64,000 bases of DNA, from the IMG/VR virus record IMGVR_UViG_3300013947_000026, positions 38,883 through 102,882 of that record. The stretch is one strand, 5' to 3'. Numbering within the stretch: position 1 is the stretch's first letter; each line of letters starts with the position of its first letter. Source of the stretch: a virus (Duplodnaviria > Caudoviricetes). Of the stretch, positions 36,014-47,655 are shown one piece after another. Both the position numbers and the translations under genes were made by a program. Under the pieces are notes generated by a model, which did no database searches, was not told the DNA's origin, and saw nothing but the letters and a program-made list of their open reading frames with translations.

Positions 36014-36505
36014 CTAGTCGCGGAAACTATAACGCTCATAACACCAGTAACCTGGGTACGCCGACTGAAGTTCGTTGATGTGCCCATCAAACTCAGTGTT
36101 AAGATCGTTCATTTGCTTACGCTGATCTTCGTCGATCTTCTTTGAAAGGTCTTTGAATTGATTTGGCGTAATTCGTTGGTCTTCTGCGACCTCGGTACCA
36201 TCATCGTTCTTACCAACGAGACGAGCCAACAATTCTTGGCGCTTTTTCAGAATATCGAGAGTAATTTTTGACTTCGCACGGTCCTTTCGGACGTTAAGCA
36301 ACTCACGAGTACGAAGATAATTGGCACACTTGATGACAGATTTGAGCTCATCAATCTTACGTTTTTCTTCATCCTGCTTAATGGATTCTGCAGCCTTATC
36401 AGCTACGTCAACTACAAGATTTTTCTTCTTGAGCTGTTCTACTACGTTGTCAACAGTTGTACCATTTTGCTGCTGTGCAGCATTCTTTTCATCTTTCTTT
36501 GCCAT
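36014..36505 (-). CDS. Hypothetical coiled-coil protein (TAG stop)
   Basis: 163-aa ORF. Confidence 0.7.
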   Translation of the reverse strand: MAKKDEKNAAQQQNGTTVDNVVEQLKKKNLVVDVADKAAESIKQDEEKRKIDELKSVIKCANYLRTRELLNVRKDRAKSKITLDILKKRQELLARLVGKNDDGTEVAEDQRITPNQFKDLSKKIDEDQRKQMNDLNTEFDGHINELQSAYPGYWCYERYSFRD

Positions 36506-36553
36506 AATTTAATTGATTTAAATTGTTTATAAAATAATTAACATTGTTGTCTT

Positions 36554-36772
36554 TTACAAATTTACGTTTTGTATTTCTCCAATACTCCAATCTGGATTTT
36601 TTACTAGTTTTGCACCTTTCTCATCAATTTCAGAATCTACTGGCACCAAGTGTGCACAGTTTGCAATTTTAATTAATGCAAATCTTGCATATCTAGCTTG
36701 TTTCTCCGTCGGATATTTGGCTACGCAAACGATCTTTTTGCTATTAGACTTCATTATCGGAATCACAAACAT
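36554..36772 (-). CDS. Hypothetical protein
   Basis: 72-aa ORF. Confidence 0.55.
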   Translation of the reverse strand: MFVIPIMKSNSKKIVCVAKYPTEKQARYARFALIKIANCAHLVPVDSEIDEKGAKLVKNPDWSIGEIQNVNL

Positions 36773-36873
36773 AGTCTAATGGATTTAAATGATTGTTAAA
36801 CTTGTCACGCTTGTAAGCTTTAGCTTTACGTTCTGCATGACGTGGACGATACACTTTCTTGGTTCGTACAGTT

Positions 36874-37302
36874 CTACACATCTTGAATGTTTTTACTAAT
36901 TTGTTTGAATACAGAGATATCCTCAGTTGAAATGCCGTATTGTGCCCGCATTTTTGAGCTAATACCATTACTTAGGGTTTTCACTGCTTGAATTAAAGCT
37001 TTATCTTGTGGGTGATTTATTACATCTTCCCCAACAGCTAATGTAAGTTTTAAACCTTGTCCAAAGTATTTTCCAAATCTACGTTGTGCATATATACAGG
37101 CACTTTCAACTACAGAAATTTCTACAGGAGTTTGTACTTGCGTATTTTTAGCTAGTATAGAGCATACTTCTGCTTCATCTATACAAATTCCATGTACTTC
37201 TTCTGTCGTTACGCCGTACTCTTTTAGTACATTTCCAAGAGATACTATTACTACAGGTGTTATATCATCACCATTGTATGATAACATGATATATTTTTTC
37301 AT
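36874..37302 (-). CDS. Hypothetical protein (TAG stop)
   Basis: 142-aa ORF. Confidence 0.65.
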   Translation of the reverse strand: MKKYIMLSYNGDDITPVVIVSLGNVLKEYGVTTEEVHGICIDEAEVCSILAKNTQVQTPVEISVVESACIYAQRRFGKYFGQGLKLTLAVGEDVINHPQDKALIQAVKTLSNGISSKMRAQYGISTEDISVFKQISKNIQDV

Positions 37303-37304
37303 AA

Positions 37305-37808
37305 CTAGTCCTCCGTATTTGTTATTTTAACATTAACATCAGGAGACGCAGACTCTGTTATCTGTACATGTTTTCCATTTATAACAGTATCGACAGTCTT
37401 TACATTTGGAATGTCTGGAGGTGTTAATGCTTCGTACATATCAGACTTATCCGGCAAATTAAGGTAAATTCGTTTATTGTTTTTGAACTCATTAGCGATG
37501 TTCACCTTTGTTACTGGATCGTGATTCTTTTGTAAAACGCTTATAATATCCGGAATCACTTTTTGTGGTATAGAGAAAAACACGGAGTCTTGCTCTTTCC
37601 ACAATTTTTCGTCATGATAGTACGTTAACACGTCATTTAGATCTGCAAATGTTGGATTGTTAACTTCTGCTATCATTTTTGTAACCATGATGGAATCTTC
37701 TTTTAAGATTTCATCTTTGAATGTTTGTTTAGCGCTACATGATCCTAAAACCATAATAGCTAAAAGTGCAATAAGGGATGCACTTACAACCTTAAATAAT
37801 CTCTTCAT
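37305..37808 (-). CDS. Putative lipoprotein
   Basis: MKRLFK, hydrophobic stretch, LGSC lipobox. Confidence 0.7.
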   Translation of the reverse strand: MKRLFKVVSASLIALLAIMVLGSCSAKQTFKDEILKEDSIMVTKMIAEVNNPTFADLNDVLTYYHDEKLWKEQDSVFFSIPQKVIPDIISVLQKNHDPVTKVNIANEFKNNKRIYLNLPDKSDMYEALTPPDIPNVKTVDTVINGKHVQITESASPDVNVKITNTED

Positions 37809-37878
37809 TTTGATAATATTTTAGAGATTTGACAAATGTTAATTATCCGGGATTTATAGATACACGGAATCATCTTTG

Positions 37879-37951
37879 TGATACATATGAGACTCGAACT
37901 CATGACCCATAGATTAAAAATCTATTGCTCTGCCAACTGAGCTAATGTATC
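37879..37951 (-). tRNA. tRNA-Lys(UUU)
   Basis: GATACAT-TA-GCTCAGTTGGCAGAGC-A-ATAGA TT TTT AA TCTAT-GGGTC-ATGAG TTCGAGT CTCAT-ATGTATC-A. Confidence 0.93.
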
Positions 37952-38132
37952 GTATTGTGGGATACTTATATACTCCTGGTTTACGTATATCCACCTGCTA
38001 TTGCACGCGATTCCAGTCAATTCGCGCCTCCTCTCCCACAATTAGTGATTTTATACAGACTTGAACTGTTATGTACGCCTTTAACGTAATAAATCTTGGG
38101 GACGCTTGATTGCGTCCCCTTGAAATGCAACT

Positions 38133-40990
38133 TTACTTTTCAATTATATCAACCCATATTGCTAATAAAAACAATAAGCTTATAATTAACAATATTACTA
38201 GCCACATTGCTATTAAGCCTAGTGCTAAGTTACTTATATTTGTACCACGTTGAATTATTTCAAATAATGGCTCTGATGTAAGTACAATACATAGCATACT
38301 TACAAATATACTTACTGCTTTATTCATGGTCAAATAATTGTTGAGTTTTACTAAAATCTTTTTCATGCACAAAATAGCTTTCTGATCCTTCGATTATATA
38401 CTCTTTTGTAGCACCAATCTCATACTCGTTGTTTGATAATATGCAAACATCGTCATCTGTAGCATCTTTATAAGATAACAATATTATATTATTATCTTCA
38501 CAAACTTTTTTGAGCTTTCTAACATCTTTGTGATAACGTCTTGTTTCAAGCTCTTCGTCGGACATTTGCCCATTTTTTCTACGTTTTGCCATATTAAGGA
38601 CGAATAAAAATTATACCATCTTCGGAGCATGTCAGTTGTTCTTTGAAATTTTTTAAATCTTGTACTCTTGGACAAGAAAAAGGATTATCAAATATACAAC
38701 CTTTACAACTACCGAATTGACGTTTAGCCCTAACTATGACTCCTTTTATGTTGTAGATTCTGCCAGGACTAAGTTTTTTGTTCATAATATTCTATCTGCA
38801 AGTATTAATTTAATCATTGGTGTAACGACTCTTATTTTTTGGTAAGAGTCGTTACTTTCGTATCCAATAGTCTTTATTACTTTTTCAGCTTTAGATAGTT
38901 TAAATATTATCTTTGCTCTTGTTGTTGGATGAATAAACGCAACAAACATTGGTGTATTTTCATATATTTTCTCAAACATTTTTGATAATTTATGATAAAA
39001 CACACCTCCATTCATTTCTCTTTTTATAAGAGTATTAAATTCATCTTCTTTTATAGTAACTTGGATTATTGGCTCCTTTTTAATACTTTTTGCTATTTCT
39101 TGTTTCATTATTACACATTGTAAGTATTTTTTGTTATAGCCAACAATCATTCCTTTAGCTGCAGCTATTATTACAAACGCATCTGCTAATATAACTTTTT
39201 CCATTTTTGATGTAACATATCCTGTTATAGTTATATTGTTTTCTGTGTTGTAAATAATATCTTTTTCAGCATCCCTTAATTGTATTACATCAAATTTTAC
39301 AAGTTTACTCATTTTGGTACGAATTTAATTTTATAACGTACTATTGATGATATAGTTCCATTTTTTAGTTTTATTCCTAAATATGGCTTGATAGAGTATT
39401 GCTTGCATATATTGATATAATCAACTACATTCTTAGAAATTGGTATAATCTCTGAAAATTTTGTTTTTTCATCACTATATACAGCGTAAAACTTAGTAGA
39501 TTTACCATTCGTTGATGATTTCTCAACAATTTTCTTGATGCATTCTACTTTACATAACATAGTGTCAACTTTTGTTGGGTTTACCGCTTGACACTTAGCA
39601 GTAACAAATAGCATTAGCACTATTATAACTAACGCTATCACCCAGCCAGATCCATGATTGTCTGGCTCTTCATACAATTTAATAGACATTTTATACTTTA
39701 ATGTATGATAACAAATTTAACACTTGTCTTACCTGCCCCCGGAATATCCTTATGCTTATTGTTAATAAAGCTGTTAAGTTTGTTATATAGGGATACGGCA
39801 TTGACTTTACTTAACCCTGAAGAGAGGATCATTGTAGATCCTCCCTCTTTAGCTATAACCTTGTAGTTTACATATTCAGCATCAGTTCTACCTTTTGCTG
39901 ATTGTGGTTGAACGACTTGGTTATGCGTTATCACAACTTTTTTCTTCTTCATCGAACCAAGGCTTACAATCCGCACCAATGTTTTTGATTACTTCAGGCT
40001 CACTGAGTCTTTCTTCAGCGATAGCAGCAATAGCTTTTGCCATTTCTGCTAAAGAATTAACGTCGTCTACACTGTTGTACTTACCATTGATTTGCATTGC
40101 GACATATATTTGCTGTTCACTTGTTTTGTCGTCATGCAGTACACCGATTCCTTTAAGTGCTGGAATTTGCTTTTTCCATTTAGTCTCAATGTACGAAGGG
40201 TAGTCTAAATCAACATGATTTGGTGAAAGAATAACACGAACTGCTACACTTGTTTCGTTTTCTGTTGCATGAACTTCCGTTCTTACTTTTGGGTACGTAT
40301 TCCCAATTTTGCTTAATAAAATACTACTCATAATTTTGATAATTAATGAATTTATTTACTTGTATAAGACTTACCACTTATACTTGGTGTTCCATCTGTA
40401 TTTATAGAGGCTTTGGACTCTCAGCTAATGCTGGCTACATTAAACACTTAGGGTTGATGCAACTCAACCCTTATGTTTCATTTTATTTGTTTAAAATATC
40501 CATTCTCATGACACCTTTTACATGTTATATACGATTCTGCCCAAAATTCATTATTGTCATGAGCAGCAATAACACATTTTTCACATGCAACAAAATTTCC
40601 TTTGTATTTTACACATTGATAAACATGGTTATCCAATGTCATTAACTGGCCTAATTTCAATCTATGAATACCAGATGTCGTTGATGATTTCATATTTCAT
40701 AACTATTTATTATTTAAAGAATCAACAATAGATTTTGCTTTAAGATAATCAGTACCATAATCTGTTTCTAAGTCAGTATCCATTAAATCTAGATTATGTG
40801 TGCCATCAAGAGAGTCAAGCAATGTTTCTGTACTTCTATAGTACTCTTCATATGCTTCGATCTTAGCTTGTGCTTTACTACTTGTCTTTTTATAATGATT
40901 AACAGCGAAGCATAAACTAACACAAGAACCAATTACAGCTCCTATTATAAATAGATTAAGCTGATCCATAATTTTATTAATTTTGTTCAT
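38133..40990 (-). CDS. Cluster of small early hypothetical ORFs (38133-38372, 38320-38592, 38594-38785, 38782-39312, 39309-39689, 39921-40331, 40478-40693, 40703-40990)
   Basis: Tightly packed same-strand ORFs; several with TM segments, two Cys-rich. Confidence 0.6.
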
Positions 40991-41597
40991 AATTATATAA
41001 TTATTGATTAATATACAAATAAAATACGCCTATTCTCACGAACCAGCGTATTGTGAACATCAGGTTATTAGCAAACAACTTATAACTAATGACACCCTAA
41101 GACATAAAGAAAAATACATTTGGTGGTTATTTGGACTCGAACCGTCATAGATTATAATTCTATCAAGTGCCTCGTTCACTTTACGTGCACATAGTCTACC
41201 CTCTTATCTTAATATAAGTGTAGAATAACCACATGCTGTCTATCCAGCTGTCATAGAGAATTGAAACCATTTAATACACCTCTTGCAAGTAGGCTGTCTA
41301 CCTCAATTCTCTACATTACTAGTAATATTGTTCACTCTGCATTCAGATAACTGACATTCTAATAGCTTTGCAACCACTATTAGCGCGTTCATCATCTGCG
41401 GGCTTGTGACCGCCACTCGGCTGCATTACAAGTATATCTATTCTCACGAACCAATATACTTTATTACTAAAAATCACGGTTGGTATCAGACTACCCTCTG
41501 ATGCAACAAAGAGTAGTTTCGTCCAGTCTCATCAGTGATAATCGGAGTATTACGCAGTAATACGTAGTGCTCACATTTTATAGACTCCTGGCTGTCT

Positions 41598-42104
41598 TTA
41601 TTTGTTTAATAGGGCTATATTATTTGCATCTAATATTTTATCAAAGTCTTTAGAATCTAATTCTGCTAGTTGTCTGTTTAAACTAAGCATTTTATCTAAG
41701 TCTCTGTCTTCTAATTTTAGCGCAGTATATAATACAAGCTCTTTGGATTCTTTATTGACATGTGTATAACAATTTGATAGTTTTGCTAATAATTTTAATA
41801 GGTCTAACACCTCTTTTTTAGTCGCAATAAAAGTTGTATTTATTTTCATATTCTGTCTTTATTTGTCTTGAATTGAAATGTTTAATTTACTATAATGTTC
41901 ATCCAAAAGATGATGTAGACTATAAATTTTACTAGCTATTGTACTAAATCTTTCAATTTTATTTTCATTGATTGTTATTTGCGGTCTATCTCTTATACAT
42001 TGATCTGCACATGATTTTACTACTATTGCCGCAAGTTCAATACACATGCTTAATTCTTCTCTGCTTAACTTTACGTTAGCTGTAATTTCTTTCTTGATTT
42101 TCAT
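41598..42104 (-). CDS. Two small hypothetical proteins (41598-41849, 41859-42104)
   Basis: Adjacent ORFs of 83 and 81 aa. Confidence 0.55.
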
Positions 42105-42280
42105 ATTGATTATGTTTTAAATTATATTATCTATTCTATCTGTTCTATCTGTAATTTCATATGCTTTCCCGCCTTTCTCAATCGTAAGCAAGGTTGCCCC
42201 AAGCTAATGACTGAGCGAAGCGAGATACATTTGTTTAAGCAAGCAAGGTAGCGCCACGAGGACGCTACGATGCAAGCTGA

Positions 42281-42988
42281 CTAGAAGGAAGCTGGAGCTG
42301 TACTGCCTGGAGCTACTGCGCTTGGTTGTGGCTGAGCAACGTTAGGTTGAGGAGCTGGTTGAGGTGCCGGCTGCTGAGGTTGTGCCACATTAGGCTGAGT
42401 TGGCTGCTGTGTAGGAGCCGCTATAGCTGCTGCTAATGGGTCAGGTGCAGGCTGTGGTGCAGGCTGAGGAGCTGCATTACCTGCTTGTGTAGCAGGTGTG
42501 TTATTCACAGGTCTGAAGAACTGACGTTCAATAGAGCGTACTCTTGAGATTGGGTCCCAGTTTTTAGCATAGTTTGGTGTACCGTCAACTTTAGGCTGTT
42601 CGTTTATTAGAATGCAGAACACATTAACGCTATCCATTGTAATTGGCTGGTTTGTATTCTTATCCAAACGTGGGTTGCCGTTGTTGTCCAGCAAATAACT
42701 CATACCATGTTGTAGTTTTTGGGTGACAAATATTCCATGCATGGTTTTGTATTTGTCTGGAATACCATCTTCGTTTGATGTCTGAGCTGTTCCTCCGTGT
42801 TCTGCATCCAAATATGGACGAATAGCACGAATTAAGCCGTCAACACCAAACATAACAATGTTAGTATTTTCCTCAAAGACACAATCCTGGTTCTCGAGAG
42901 TACAAGCTACATAGAAATTACCTTCTGTTTGTCCTGGCTGAGGCTTAGCCTGCAGCACAGACATGTCAAATAAACGATACAAACTCAT
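42281..42988 (-). CDS. Hypothetical protein with Pro/Gln/Ala-rich tail (TAG stop)
   Basis: 235 aa with PQPA repeats; many Gln, none encoded by TAG. Confidence 0.8.
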   Translation of the reverse strand: MSLYRLFDMSVLQAKPQPGQTEGNFYVACTLENQDCVFEENTNIVMFGVDGLIRAIRPYLDAEHGGTAQTSNEDGIPDKYKTMHGIFVTQKLQHGMSYLLDNNGNPRLDKNTNQPITMDSVNVFCILINEQPKVDGTPNYAKNWDPISRVRSIERQFFRPVNNTPATQAGNAAPQPAPQPAPDPLAAAIAAPTQQPTQPNVAQPQQPAPQPAPQPNVAQPQPSAVAPGSTAPASF

Positions 42989-43213
42989 AATTAAATATAT
43001 TTAATGGTGAATAAATTCGTTTTGAAGATAATAGCTAAAAAGCTATATATTAAGGAAGAAAGGGCTTGGCGAAACTTGCTAATCATATAAATATGATTGT
43101 ATTGAGACTGTTTCCCATCTAGACATCTTTCTCTTCTTCCTCTGCTATTAATTTAGAGGTGTTCTTTATGTTCCCGCAAGGAAAGAACAAGTAGGAGAAC
43201 TAAGGCGCAAGCC

Positions 43214-43498
43214 CTAGTCTCCAACGTTGTACAAGCTGTCTACAATAGCTGCTTTGTGTAAGTAGTTAGCCATTGCATCACTGCCATCTTTGTCAAACAA
43301 TTCATTCTCATCCATTACATGGTCCGCTGCATCAAGTGCAGCTTTCTGAGCCTTAATAAGCTCAATCTTGTATGGAATTGTGTTATAATTTGCTTTGATT
43401 ACACGGTATTTAGATACACATCCATAATAACCAAATTGCGCACCAGTAATAAATGCGACGATAACACACACAATAGAGATAGTGATAACCTTTTTCAT
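43214..43498 (-). CDS. Membrane-anchored hypothetical protein (similar to 40703-40990)
   Basis: N-terminal TM; C-terminal YLxxxxIVDSL shared with 40703-40990. Confidence 0.6.
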   Translation of the reverse strand: MKKVITISIVCVIVAFITGAQFGYYGCVSKYRVIKANYNTIPYKIELIKAQKAALDAADHVMDENELFDKDGSDAMANYLHKAAIVDSLYNVGD

Positions 43499-43773
43499 AA
43501 CTATAAATATTTATTGATTAAACATGACAAAAAATAATAGACATAAGGGCAGGATAATCCTGCCCCAATGCGTTATACAAGTTGTGCGACAACATAAGTT
43601 TGTGCATCATTATTCTTTTCGGACAATGTTGCATAAGTTTTAGCGTCGTCGACAGAATCGAATGATGCTACTACTTCTGAGTTTCCTACCTTATACACTC
43701 TGATAACTAAAAACTTTTTCATAATTGTATATTTATTGATTAAACATGTTGTAAAAATAAAGAGACTACGCCA

Positions 43774-44016
43774 TTAAAATGGCAATAGTCCCTGATAGAA
43801 TCGCTTATCTTCAAGATACTTGTTGTAGACACCGAATGATACGGCGTACAAGTAGTGATCTCTCAGCGCGTCTTCAACTACGACACCAAGGTAATCAACG
43901 CGAGATAATTCCATGCGCTCGTTATCAATTGAATTAATTACATCAATAACTGAACAACCGATCATATCACGCTGGATAGCGTAGAGCATAATAGCTATAA
44001 AATTGAAATAGTCCAT
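43774..44016 (-). CDS. Hypothetical protein
   Basis: 80-aa ORF. Confidence 0.55.
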   Translation of the reverse strand: MDYFNFIAIMLYAIQRDMIGCSVIDVINSIDNERMELSRVDYLGVVVEDALRDHYLYAVSFGVYNKYLEDKRFYQGLLPF

Positions 44017-44230
44017 ATTGATTATGTTTTATTGTTACTAATAGTACAGAATTGTTCTTTATGTTCCCGCGATCAAGGTTGACAATCTATCAGCAATGTC
44101 AACTAAGATGCCGGGGGTAGTCAGATCTCAAACGCGAGCCGGGGGAGTCAATTATCACTGTTTCACGTCTTTATACACACATAACACATTTAAATTATAA
44201 AATAAAAATTTAAAAATAAAAAAGCCGAGG

Positions 44231-44413
44231 TTATTCGCCCCGGCTAATCTCCTTAAACTTTCTAAAGAAATCTTGTATCTCCCTCATGTATATATGATTA
44301 TCTCTTTCGTACATTACTGCATCAATCCACTGTCCTGTGCTATCTTTAAACCTACCTACTCAAATGTATTTGTAATCATGCCCTTTGTAGTTATATATAT
44401 TATCTTGTTTCAT
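44231..44413 (-). pseudogene. DUF1653-like small ORF with an internal TGA
   Basis: MKQDNIYNYKGHDYKYI*VGRFKDSTGQWIDAVMYERDNHIYMREIQDFFRKF; TGA at 44360-44362. Confidence 0.45.
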
Positions 44414-44414
44414 T

Positions 44415-45296
44415 TTAGAAAGACCACCATTTAGATTTTACATTTTTTGGCTCATTTTCTGCATTTTCTTTTAGCTCATCAGCGCATTCTTTATACTTAT
44501 CTTTCCAATATTTAACCCAGGATGCTTGACTAGCAATTTCTTGCTCTAATAGTTTATTTTGCGCACGTAACGCCTCTATTACACTACTACTGTTATCAAG
44601 ATCTTTAATTCTGCTATCTTGTACAAGCTTTTCATAATCTTTTCTATCAATGATAATGTAGTCTTTAAGCTGCTTAATTAGTTGTACTAAATCTGTAGAC
44701 GCCTCCTTCTCCGAAGACTTCTTTGAACTTCCAGAACTCTCCATCTCTATCTAATTTAAATGCTAATTCTAATATTTGCTTTACATATTCTGAGCCAGGC
44801 ACATTTTCTAGATCTTTGTATAGATCTTCTATTGCTTCTCTGAACTTTGGATCCATGTGGCTGGTTTCCATTTTTATTCTTATTAATAAGTTTATTAAAT
44901 CTATTAATTACTTCATCAGCAGATGTATTCTTATCTTTTGGATCACTTGGGTCATACAATACATGTACTTCTCCAAATTGCTTTAGTACGTTTAATAACT
45001 CATCGTCGTTACCTGCGTTATTGTTTTGCTTCTGTGCCATCATCTACATCATTTAAAGCGTTTATAACTTCATTTTTCGTTGTTTTATGGACTTCTGAGG
45101 TATCTTTTACATACTCATTTTCATTATAATCATCCTTACATTGCATAAGTAAGTTTGTGACATAAGACCACTCTTTAGAATATTTAGGGAGCGTATCTAA
45201 TAGCTCTTTAAGTTCTTTAGTTGTATACTTACCTGGCCTATGTAAAAATTTACCATTTTTATCGTACAAATTACAATATTTATTAATCTTTCCCAT
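44415..45296 (-). CDS. Run of small hypothetical ORFs (44415-44744, 44674-44871, 45018-45296 and overlaps)
   Basis: Overlapping same-strand ORFs; starts uncertain. Confidence 0.5.
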
Positions 45297-45458
45297 ATCT
45301 ATTACATAATACCCAGGCTAGTAATACAGCTGAACCTGGTAGAATTAAAAATATAAAAATTAAATCAGATGGATTCATCGTCATGTTTATCATAAAACCC
45401 TAATCTCATACCATTCTTTTCAGCCCTCGATATTACTTCTGCTGCTTTACGATACCTT

Positions 45459-45914
45459 TCATCTTGTGCCATTCTACTCAGCATGGGCTACGTATTTTGA
45501 ACACTCTTCCTCTATAATTTCACCATCGTCATTCTTTGTTATATGTGTGTATTTTTTCTTTGATCTATTGTATTTAAACGCCCTAAAAGCTTTATCCCTC
45601 TCACGCTTTTCGTCGTATCGGTGTATATATTTCATCATCTATGTAGCATTTACTGACCCAGAAACACCAAGATTACATAGATTTTTAATGAAACTCTATG
45701 CTCCGTCATCACCAAATTTATGTTTAAGCATACTATATTCTTTGAGGCTTTTCTAGAACCACTAATTGCTTATATCGTAAGTTGGTTCTTGGTCTACTAT
45801 GTATGCTATATTCATAGGGATACCATGTATAAAGAAATACTTGCACTGCTCAGTACATGGTTTATCCTAATATTGTAGAGACAAAAAGTCTGCATAATAT
45901 AGTATAGAACTCAT
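45459..45914 (-). CDS. TAG-recoded hypothetical protein (151 aa), missed by the ORF track
   Basis: ATG 45914, six in-frame TAG, ends TGA 45459-45461; fills the gap between neighbours. Confidence 0.7.
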
Positions 45915-45925
45915 CTCTGCCTAAT

Positions 45926-46321
45926 TCATGCTTTCTTATATGTTTTGTACACACACTCCGTTATATACCCCTGCAAATAAGCGTAAGCTTCACAACTATC
46001 ATCACTATACTTAACGCCGCAAGATTTAAGTATATCCATTGTAGCATGTAAAGACTCATGAGATATAGTATTTATATTATCAAATTCATCTTTTACTTTG
46101 TTAATTACTATTACTATACAGTCTTCTTCATTGTCTTTACATGTAGCCCCAGTAACTGTATATGCTGTAAAATCATCATACTTACCATCTAGTATAGATG
46201 TATGGTCATCACTCCATTCAAACCTTTTGTCTACTATACTCTTATCAGGATTAAGTATTACATATACGTTAAAACAGTATACTGTACTATACTTGTCTAT
46301 TATACATTTCTTTTTATCCAT
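45926..46321 (-). CDS. Hypothetical protein with HExxH motif
   Basis: TISHESLHA...EAYAYL. Confidence 0.65.
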   Translation of the reverse strand: MDKKKCIIDKYSTVYCFNVYVILNPDKSIVDKRFEWSDDHTSILDGKYDDFTAYTVTGATCKDNEEDCIVIVINKVKDEFDNINTISHESLHATMDILKSCGVKYSDDSCEAYAYLQGYITECVYKTYKKA

Positions 46322-46572
46322 ACTATTTATTATTAGTCTTACTATATTACTAAGTTATATATTACTCTTACAATATATAGTCTTACTATATCTATAGAGT
46401 ATATAGAACTCCTAAAGAGAATATATAAGAGAAAGGGTTCTTTAATCTATTACCCCCTACTATCCCCCTAACGTAAAAAAAACGAAAAAGTTGCAATTTA
46501 TAAAATTTTTATATCATTTGCAACCATTACAAACTAAATTTACGTTATGGCGGCGTAAAACAATAAAAATTA

Positions 46573-46998
46573 ATGGATATGACAAAGATTTTAAAGGTTA
46601 TTAAGCCATTCTTTGTAATGGAAGTTGGTGATACATTCGAGTATGATAATAACACAAATGATTACAAGAGTGTATATAACGAAGAGCATAATAGCTCAAA
46701 CGAAGAGAATTCTACGGTTGTTTCCTCATACAATTCAGTATATACAATTTCTGAAGACTATGCAAAAATGCTTGTTGATAATGGATATCTTGAAGAAGTT
46801 AAGATGAATGCTACAAGCGACAAACAATTCGTTAATATTTTCGATGAGATTGACAATTTGCTCGTTAAGTATAACTCTGATCTATCTACACTTCTTACAT
46901 CAAACGATGATACTCCTCAGTGTCTTAAGGTTGAGAAGGAAACCGTACTTCGCAATATGGTCAAGTTACTCGAACATCTTAAATCTCTAAAGAAGTAA
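46573..46998 (+). CDS. Hypothetical protein
   Basis: First ORF of the rightward unit. Confidence 0.7.
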   Translation: MDMTKILKVIKPFFVMEVGDTFEYDNNTNDYKSVYNEEHNSSNEENSTVVSSYNSVYTISEDYAKMLVDNGYLEEVKMNATSDKQFVNIFDEIDNLLVKYNSDLSTLLTSNDDTPQCLKVEKETVLRNMVKLLEHLKSLKK

Positions 46999-46999
46999 T

Positions 47000-47431
47000 A
47001 TGGAAGACAATAATATTATTGATCAGACTCAGTTGGCCGAAGATGTTAGCTCTAAGATCAAATACGATTTTAGGCAATATTTTTTAGTAAAGCCTCTTGA
47101 GCCTGTAAAAGTTAAAAAGAAGATCTCCGAACCCGTGGTTAAAGATGCTAAGCCAAAAAAGGATAAGGATGGGATCGAAGCTGTTGACTATGATGACGTA
47201 AAGACAGAAATTAAAGAAGTTGATTCCGATTTTACAAGAGCTGTTGTACTTAAATTGCCATATGAGTATACACATCCTATGACAACAACAGAAGCCCATC
47301 AAATGCCTATTAAGGTTGGTGATGTTATTGTATATAGATCAATGAGAGGTCCTTTGTATTTTGATTTACTAAAGGATTCACAATTAGTTTCTCTATACGA
47401 CATCGTAGCAGTAGAAGAAGTTACTAAGTGA
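47000..47431 (+). CDS. GroES-like co-chaperonin (putative)
   Basis: FLVKP...AVVLKL...IKVGDVIVY...YDIVAV pattern. Confidence 0.55.
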   Translation: MEDNNIIDQTQLAEDVSSKIKYDFRQYFLVKPLEPVKVKKKISEPVVKDAKPKKDKDGIEAVDYDDVKTEIKEVDSDFTRAVVLKLPYEYTHPMTTTEAHQMPIKVGDVIVYRSMRGPLYFDLLKDSQLVSLYDIVAVEEVTK

Positions 47432-47655
47432 TGAATATTGATAAAGTTTGTAAAGAGATCGGACGTAAACTCAATGAAGATCCAGAATTGGTAAAACAAA
47501 TAGTAATGCATCAGTTCAAGTTTGTTGTAGATGTTATGAAAGACCATGATGACACTAGAGATGTGTTGATAAACAAACTTTTCAGGTTTAAGCTTAAGGG
47601 AAGATTTAAAGAAGATAAAACAAGAAATTATAGTCCATATGAAAAAGATAATTAA
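47428..47655 (+). CDS. HU/IHF-like DNA-binding protein (putative)
   Basis: Short helix-helix followed by VLINKLFRFKLK. Confidence 0.5.
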   Translation: MMNIDKVCKEIGRKLNEDPELVKQIVMHQFKFVVDVMKDHDDTRDVLINKLFRFKLKGRFKEDKTRNYSPYEKDN

